From Gracilinanus agilis (Eukaryota): a DNA stretch of 64,000 nt. Below, piece after piece: positions 57,371 through 64,000 of this stretch; position 1 is the stretch's first letter; each line of letters begins with the position of its first letter. The translations under genes were made by a program, and so were the position numbers. Location of the stretch: the NCBI RefSeq assembly GCF_016433145.1, contig NC_058133.1, positions 228,402,803-228,466,802 of the forward strand, written 5' to 3'. The notes under the pieces are model-generated. The model saw only the letters and a program-made list of their open reading frames with translations. It was not told the DNA's origin and ran no database searches.

Positions 57371-58631
57371 TCCCAGGGCGAAGGCGTAGTGTGCAAGCTG
57401 ATTACCTCCTTTTGGTGGTGGTGGTGGTGGTGGTGGGGGGGGTGTTAAGCTCTTAAATAAAAGGATGTGAAATAGCCACAGGTTGGGCAAACCTAAGATC
57501 TGCAGGGGGAGGAGTGCCGAATAGAACCAACTGTATGGACGAAAGAAAAGAAAAATTAGAATGAAAAGATAACCCACATCTGTGGTCTCAGCAATTATGC
57601 CGAGACAGACTAATGATTAATTTCATTTATGTGCCCTGGCTTTGGTCTGTGTTCTCTTGACCTGAACGACTCTCCCCTCTTTTGCTCAACAGTGAAAGAT
57701 TTCTAAGGTTCTTTTATGTTAGTGAGGATGAGATAACTTGCTTAAAACGTTTTCTAAACCTTAAAGCTTATATAAATGCTAGTTATTGTTATTTTAGCCT
57801 ACAGCACAGGGCCTGGCACATAGCAAGCATTTAATATGTGCTTCTTGACTTGATTTCGACTTATTGTTTGTATAAGTGGCTCCATATCCATCAAAAGACA
57901 TCAGGGAAAGAAAAGAACAGTGGGCAAAAGAGTCTTTTTCTTAAGATGAAAGATTTTAAGCTTTTTGAAATTTTTGGTATTTTTCTGGTTGGTTTCTTTT
58001 CCTCTTTCTCTCTTCCCTTTCCTCCCCCTCTTCCCTTTGCTGTCACCTGTTGAGCGTCAATATGATTTCTGGCTTCCCTGCAGTAATAAAGAAGTTGGTA
58101 TGGTGGTTTCCATAGTGAGGGTTGTGTTTATGCTACCATCCAGGGGCCAAGCAAATCACAAATGTCTTTGAGAAAACTATAGAAAGAACCCCAGCCTGGA
58201 CCATTTCCTTGTTAAATTTCACTGCACAGCAGGAAACAACTGAGGGACTCTATATGCATTGTCTGGTGATAGCAGTAGTTTCTGATACCTTGAATCATGG
58301 AGCTTAAGTTAAGGCAAATGGAAACTGAATTGTTGCCCCCCAAAAAGGCAAAGTGACTGGATTTAGGAGTGCTAAACACATAGTAAGTATTTTGTAAATA
58401 CTTATTGAATTGAAGGAAGAAACTAAGTATCTTAATTTTGACTCCCAGGAAATGCATGTCCACTAGAGAAGTTTGTGATAGAATTCAGATGTTAGTGTTG
58501 CTGGGTTGCTTAAGTCAGAGCCAGATGATGACATTTTCCTGGACAAATAACAATCTCTCTTGGAAGAAGATTTGATTTTCTATAATGATTCCTCATATCT
58601 GCTTTCTTGCTTTAGGTTTGCTGTAATCACA

Positions 58632-58817
58632 ATGAAAAGTACCCGGGCTTCCAGTAGCCCTGCCTGCTATCCAGAAGACAACATAGAAGGAATGGACTTG
58701 AGCTTGACAGGCCTTCCCCTTCTTTTGTCCAGACGACCCAATAGTGCATCCCCTGCAAAGCCCTTTGCCCGTTCTGTCTCTGTTATCACTGAAGACAAAC
58801 CCAGGAGGAATGCTCTG
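58632..58817 (+). CDS. CEP131: CEP131 (AZI1) first coding exon; gene continues beyond the window
   Basis: Acceptor tttag| at 58615, ATG 58632, donor CTG|gtgagt. MKSTRA...MDLSLTGLP...SRRPNSA...RSVSV matches human MKGTRA...VDLSLTGLP...SRRPGSA...RSVSV. Confidence 0.92.
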
Positions 58818-59574
58818 GTGAGTGCCCGAAGCTATAGAATGCCATACAGGATAGTTTCACTCCCTCCAGTATGAAGCTGGGTAAAGAGATTTAAAAAAAA
58901 AAAAATCTGGATTGTTAGGGGAATAAAGATAACTTTCAGATTAGGTGTTGTGTACCTCCCCTCCCTTCTGCAGCATAATTATTTTCACTCCCTTATTGGC
59001 AAATAAATTGCTCCTATTTTAATTCATACAGCTTGTAAGTTTGTTGAGATTTTGTTGTAAATTTGTTGAGATCTGCCTCTACCTTTCCTTAATGTCTTAT
59101 CTCATTTTTTGTTTTAGTTGTGGTCAGTGCTGAATCATCCATTCTCATTTGTTTCATTTCACCTCATGGCCAATCGTACATGTTTACAGGGTGGTTAACT
59201 AGACTTAGGTGTGCAGTCAGTGGTCACTGAACAGTCTGTACAAAACTTAGCTGCCCTATTTTGGGACTGAGTTTATGAATCCAAGTTCATATTTATTTTT
59301 ATTAGAAGTATTATCTGAATAACTGAGCTAATTCTCCCACACCCGTAAATTTGAATGTTACTTTACTGCTCCACACCTTCAATTACTTACTACTGCTTTA
59401 CTACCAAGTACAATGCATCCGTCTAAGGCATTTTCTAGCCATTCTATATTATTCTCCCCACCAAATATACCAAGTTTTCCTACCTCTTTGTCCATATCCC
59501 AAATGCCTTCCCCCTTTCCATCTTCAAATCGTGCCTTTCAGAGTTTAATGTAAATGCCTCCTTTATTCCTCCCT

Positions 59575-59890
59575 CCCTCCCTTACCTTCTGTCTTAGAAT
59601 TGATACTGAGTGGGAACAGTTAGATGATTAAATAGATACTTACCACTCTTCTGCCTTGGAACCAATACTTAGTATCAGTTCTGAGATGAAAGGTAAGGGT
59701 TAAAAAAAATTTGATACTGAATGTCAGTTCCAAGGCAGAAGGGTAGAGGAACAGCAAGGGTTAGGCAATGGGGATTACATAACTTGTTCAGGGTCACACA
59801 GCTAGGAAGTATCTGATTCCAGATTTGAACCCAGAACTTTTGTCTCTAGGCCTGGCTCTCTGTTCACTGAACCACCTAGTTGCTCCAGTG
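59575..59890 (-). mobile_element. SINE carrying a nested antisense SINE-tail insertion (59610-59710)
   Basis: TSD TTGATACTGA at 59600-59609 and 59711-59720. Confidence 0.8.
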
Positions 59891-60649
59891 CCACCTCTTT
59901 CATAAAGTCTTCCTTCATTCCTTTAGCCAAAAGGGTCTTCTCCCTCCCATGAATTCTCAGAGCACTTCCAGGGTAGGTCTTGGGTTCTTATATTCTCCTC
60001 TATATTATTGTTATTAAAGTTGTTAACTATATTAAAGTTATTGTAAGCTCCTTGATGACAAGGACCACATATTATTTATCATTATTCTCCCTCTCCACCT
60101 GCCTTTCTCCAATCCTTTTTGAGGCCTTTGTTCTTAAATTGTTTTTAAAGATTTTTGAGTGCTGATTAGCCAGGGCTTAGCTTATTTATAGAGCATCTTT
60201 ACTATATTTATATCATAAGATGGGTTTCTGATCCCCAGTAGCCTCAGATGTAGGTACTCAGTAGCCCCAGATGTAGATACTTATTGTCTGGAGAAGTTGT
60301 GATAGATTGGTTGTCATAATTAAACTAAAGATTATATATGGTCAATGACATTAGGAAGCAGGAGTTTTATTAGTATGGATAATCTGCTCACCTTGGATTC
60401 TAATTAATATTTTGAAAATGTCCTTGACTGGAGCTTCAGCTTCAGTGTTTGAAAATTATTAACTCTTAACAGAAAACCAAAAGGAAGACAGTAAACCAGA
60501 CTCAATACAAAAGTGTATTCTAATAATAATAACAACAGTAGCTAGCAGTTAGGTTAGCACTTTAAGGTTTGTCAAAAGGCTTTTCATATGTTAGCTCATT
60601 TGGTCCCTTTACAACTATTCTGTGAAGATAGTGCTATTATTATCCTCAT

Positions 60650-60885
60650 TTTTGTTGTTCAGTCATTTTTCAGTCAGGTCTGACTCTTCGTGATGCCATT
60701 TGGGGTTTTCTTGGCAAAGATACTAGAGTGAGTTGCCATTTCCTTCTCCAGTTCATTTTACAGATAAGGAAACTGAACCTCAGAAATGTTAAGTGATTTG
60801 CCCAAGGTCACACACACAATAAAATTCTAAGGTAAGATTCAAACCCTGTGATTCCTGACTCTAAGCCCAACACTATCCATTGCAT
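60650..60885 (-). mobile_element. Mar1-like CORE-SINE
   Basis: ttgttgttcagtcatttt...ggggttttcttggcaaagatactagagtg. Confidence 0.8.
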
Positions 60886-62762
60886 TGGAGTTACAGTAGA
60901 CAATAATAATACTAATAGCAATAAAAAAAAGGAGTCTAGTTTGCCTGGTATATAGAATAACATGTAAAGAGGAGTGATATGAGATGATATAGGTTAGTTA
61001 TTGGGAGCACTGAATTTTGAGTCTAGGAGTTTATAGTATTTAAGTGGGGAATCAGAGGAATGGCATGATCATAGGCATGCATTAGGATAATTATTCTGGT
61101 AGTGAGGGGAGGATGCTTGGAGAGATGTTACAGACCAACTGGAAATAGAAAGACCAGTTAGGAGGCTTTTAAATGGTCTAGTTGAGAATGAGACAAGAAC
61201 GTGAAAGGAGTGAATGACTATGAGAGTGATTTTAGAGGTGGAGATGTCAGGATTTGGCACCTGATTAGTTGTGTGGAGTTAGGGAGATAGAAGATAAAAA
61301 AATTAATGAAAGATTATAGTCATTGGAGGAGGAGGGGCAGGTTTGGGGGGCCTGGTTAAATTTTCTTTTTGAATATGCTAAGTTTGAGGGACTACCAGGA
61401 CATCAAAATGGAAGTGTCTATCAGATCCTTGGAAACATGGGACTGGACTTCTGAGGAGTAATTAGGGATGGGTATTGAGATTTGGATATATCTCTTAAGA
61501 TATGGGAATGGATGAATTGATGATCCAAGGTAAAAAATAGAGATAGAAAGAAGACCTTTCATAGAACTTTCTTGGTTTATGATATTTTGATAGATCTCTG
61601 TCCAGATGTCATTCATACCTTATCCTTAATGATTCCTGTCTGCTATGCCACTATAGCCCTCTTTCTAGCTATCTCTCCTTTGCTCCTGCTACAAGACTGG
61701 ATCATTTTTTCTGGCTTTACTTGATGGTATGGAATATGGAATACTTGATAGTATAATGGTATGGAAAGAGTTCTGGCTTTATCCTGGGTTTATCTCTTAC
61801 CTCAGGCACACATTGCATTGGTTGACAATAAAAAAACATAGTTCCTGCCCTCAGGAGTTCATATTCTAATGGAGGAAACAACATTTCCAAAACTATGTTC
61901 AATCAAGAGATAGACAGTACAGATGGAAAATAGTCTCAAAGGGAAGTCCCATAATAGTGGGTTGAGGCACTTAGCCCCTCAGAGCCTTGGTTTCCTTGTG
62001 GATCAAATGGAACAAAGATGTTGTTAAGAAGAATGCTTGGCAGTTCTTTAAAAATTTTATATATATGTATATATAATTTTAGGATGTTGTCATTACTCCA
62101 CTTCTGTCATGCAAGCCATTATTGGTAATATGCTGTAACCTATAAAACCTAATTTTAGGTTTTATGCACCTTTTCATCACCCTTTGGGTGACTTATAATC
62201 TTGATTATATAAGATTCCTTTAAAGCTACAACTACAAAGATACTTTTGTTCTATAATCTCCCTAAGTTTCAGTATCAAGTAAGGGAAACTTACACTCGAT
62301 GCCAATCAGCGATATGGAGGAAATCGTTTACCAAGTCTAAATGGAAGAGGAATTTCCAATAAATTTTGAGGTTCTTCAAATACTCTTGTTTGCATGTGAT
62401 ATTGCCTTAAATAAATTGAAGCCTAGAACATTACCAGGGATTCCTCTGTAATGTGAGAGCTGCTACCTTTCCAAATAGGTTAGCCTTTCAGTCCATACAG
62501 GAAAAATTAAGTTGATAAGGAATTTATGTTGTCAAGATTATGACATGCAATGCAGTTGGGTGGACTGTCCATTCAGTTAGTCCATTGAGTCAGAACATCT
62601 GACTTGGACAGACTGTTCCTGAACAATTAGTTGGACCCAGAATTGAATAGGAAAGAAGGCTGAATTGCACTTGGGGAATTTCCCAAGTACATAAATTATT
62701 TAAAGTAACTCCCTGCTTCAAAAGCCTTTTTCCCCCATTAACACTAATATTACCTTGACTTT

Positions 62763-62967
62763 TTAATTTTTTTAAACCCTTACCTTCCGTCTTGGAGTCA
62801 ATACTATGTATTGGCTCCAAGTCAGAAGAGTGGTAAGAGCTAGGCAGTGGGGGTTAAGTGACTTTCCCATGGTCACACAGCTCAGAAGTGTTGGAGGCCA
62901 GATTTGAACCTAGGACCTCCCATCTCTAGGCCTGGCTCTCAATCCGCTGAGCCACCCAGCTGCTCCC
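62763..62967 (-). mobile_element. Young SINE1_Mdo-like SINE
   Basis: Near-consensus body; TSD TTACCTT(G/A)ACTTT at 62750-62762 and 62968-62980. Confidence 0.88.
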
Positions 62968-63269
62968 TTACCTTAACTTTAGATCATGTAACACTTCAGT
63001 TTCTCAAAATCATGATAATAATTTTAATTTAATAATTTAATTTAATTTAATAATCAATCAGTAATAATGGAAAGAGTGCTTGGCTTGGAGTCAGAAGACT
63101 TCATTAAGTTGACAACTTGGTTTGGCCATTTACTTTGTAACTTGGAAAAATTAATTTATTCTCTCTGAGACTCAGTTTACTAGTCTGTAAAATGGTGATG
63201 AATCATAAGAATTTATTCAGAGCCAAATACATGCTAGATGGTGGAGATTGACAAAGACAAGAAGTCAAA

Positions 63270-64000
63270 AAATCTAATGGGAAGAAATCACACACTTATG
63301 TAGCTCTATGCAAAATAGATGCAAGATAAACTTTGTGGGGAAGGTAATATAACTAGGGAAACTGGGGCAGACCACATAAAGAAAGTGGCCAATTTTTAAA
63401 GGAAATGAGGGATTCCAAGAAGTGAAGGTGAGAGGAAGGACATTGTAGCCATGGAGGACAGTTAGTGCAGAGGCACTGAGGTCACAGAAGAGTAGCAAGA
63501 ACACCCTTTGTCTGGGCCATGAGAGAGAGCAGTGCTCAGGTTTCTTCTCACTTTGACCCATCTTCCATACAGCTACCAAAATTCAGATTATGACTGGGTC
63601 AACCCCCTCGTCAAAAAACTCCAGTGGCTTCCTAATCAAATACAAACTCCTTTTTAGGCATATTTAAAGTTTTTCAGAAGCTGACCCCAAAATAGCCTTT
63701 AGCCTTATTATGCACTGCTCTCTCCCATGGCCCTGGCTTCAATGGGAGCTGATGAGGTCACCAAATGAGAATATAGAGTGAGAATATAAGAGAGTCCCAG
63801 ACAAAACCTTGTGAGAAACCCTCAGTTAGGGAGTAAGATATGGATGGTGATGCAGCTTTAGGAGAGTGAGTATGGTCAGATGGGAAGGAAAACCAAGAAA
63901 AAAGTGTCATGAAAATCCAGAGAGGAGAGGATAGTCAACAGCGATAGTGCTGCAGAATGGTCAAGAAGGATGAAGAAAGAGAAAAGGCCATCAGATTTGG
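63270..64000 (-). mobile_element. L2 fragments (also about 61030-61600)
   Basis: Purine-rich antisense L2 motifs (ggagtaagatatggatgg, aggatgaagaaagagaaaaggccatcagatttgg). Confidence 0.55.

Noticed and set aside
56469-57577. ORFs across the CEP131 CpG island
   Set aside because: GC-rich chance frames; the real CDS begins at 58632.
1-64000. CRISPR arrays, operons, rRNA or tRNA genes
   Set aside because: Mammalian intron-exon DNA; no such arrays or RNA genes seen. tRNA-like motifs are SINE heads.

Overview
Mammalian genomic DNA, almost certainly a didelphid marsupial (opossum-like), judged from Mar1-like and SINE1_Mdo-like CORE-SINEs, opossum-type L1 and CpG depletion. Gene order matches human 17q25.3: the 3' part of SLC38A10 (+, six constitutive coding exons plus a 24-nt microexon, stop at 24249), complete NDUFAF8 (-, 3 exons, 71 aa), complete TEPSIN (+, 13 exons, 605 aa) head-to-head with NDUFAF8 on a bidirectional CpG-island promoter, and the promoter and first coding exon of CEP131 (+). 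Exons were built by hand from splice motifs, frame continuity and remembered human proteins. The rest is introns and repeats (L1, L2, MIR, SINEs, hAT MITEs, LTRs, microsatellites) with two assembly gaps. The best leads are the SLC38A10 microexon with a neural (SRRM4-type) splice architecture, an unidentified hairpin-rich retroposed RNA with a 15-bp TSD in the SLC38A10 3' UTR, a U12-type intron in TEPSIN, a conserved furin-type site in the SLC38A10 tail, hAT MITEs of a type linked to horizontal transfer, and an LTR nested inside another LTR. I cannot show that any is truly undescribed without database searches. Repeat family names and human comparisons are from memory.
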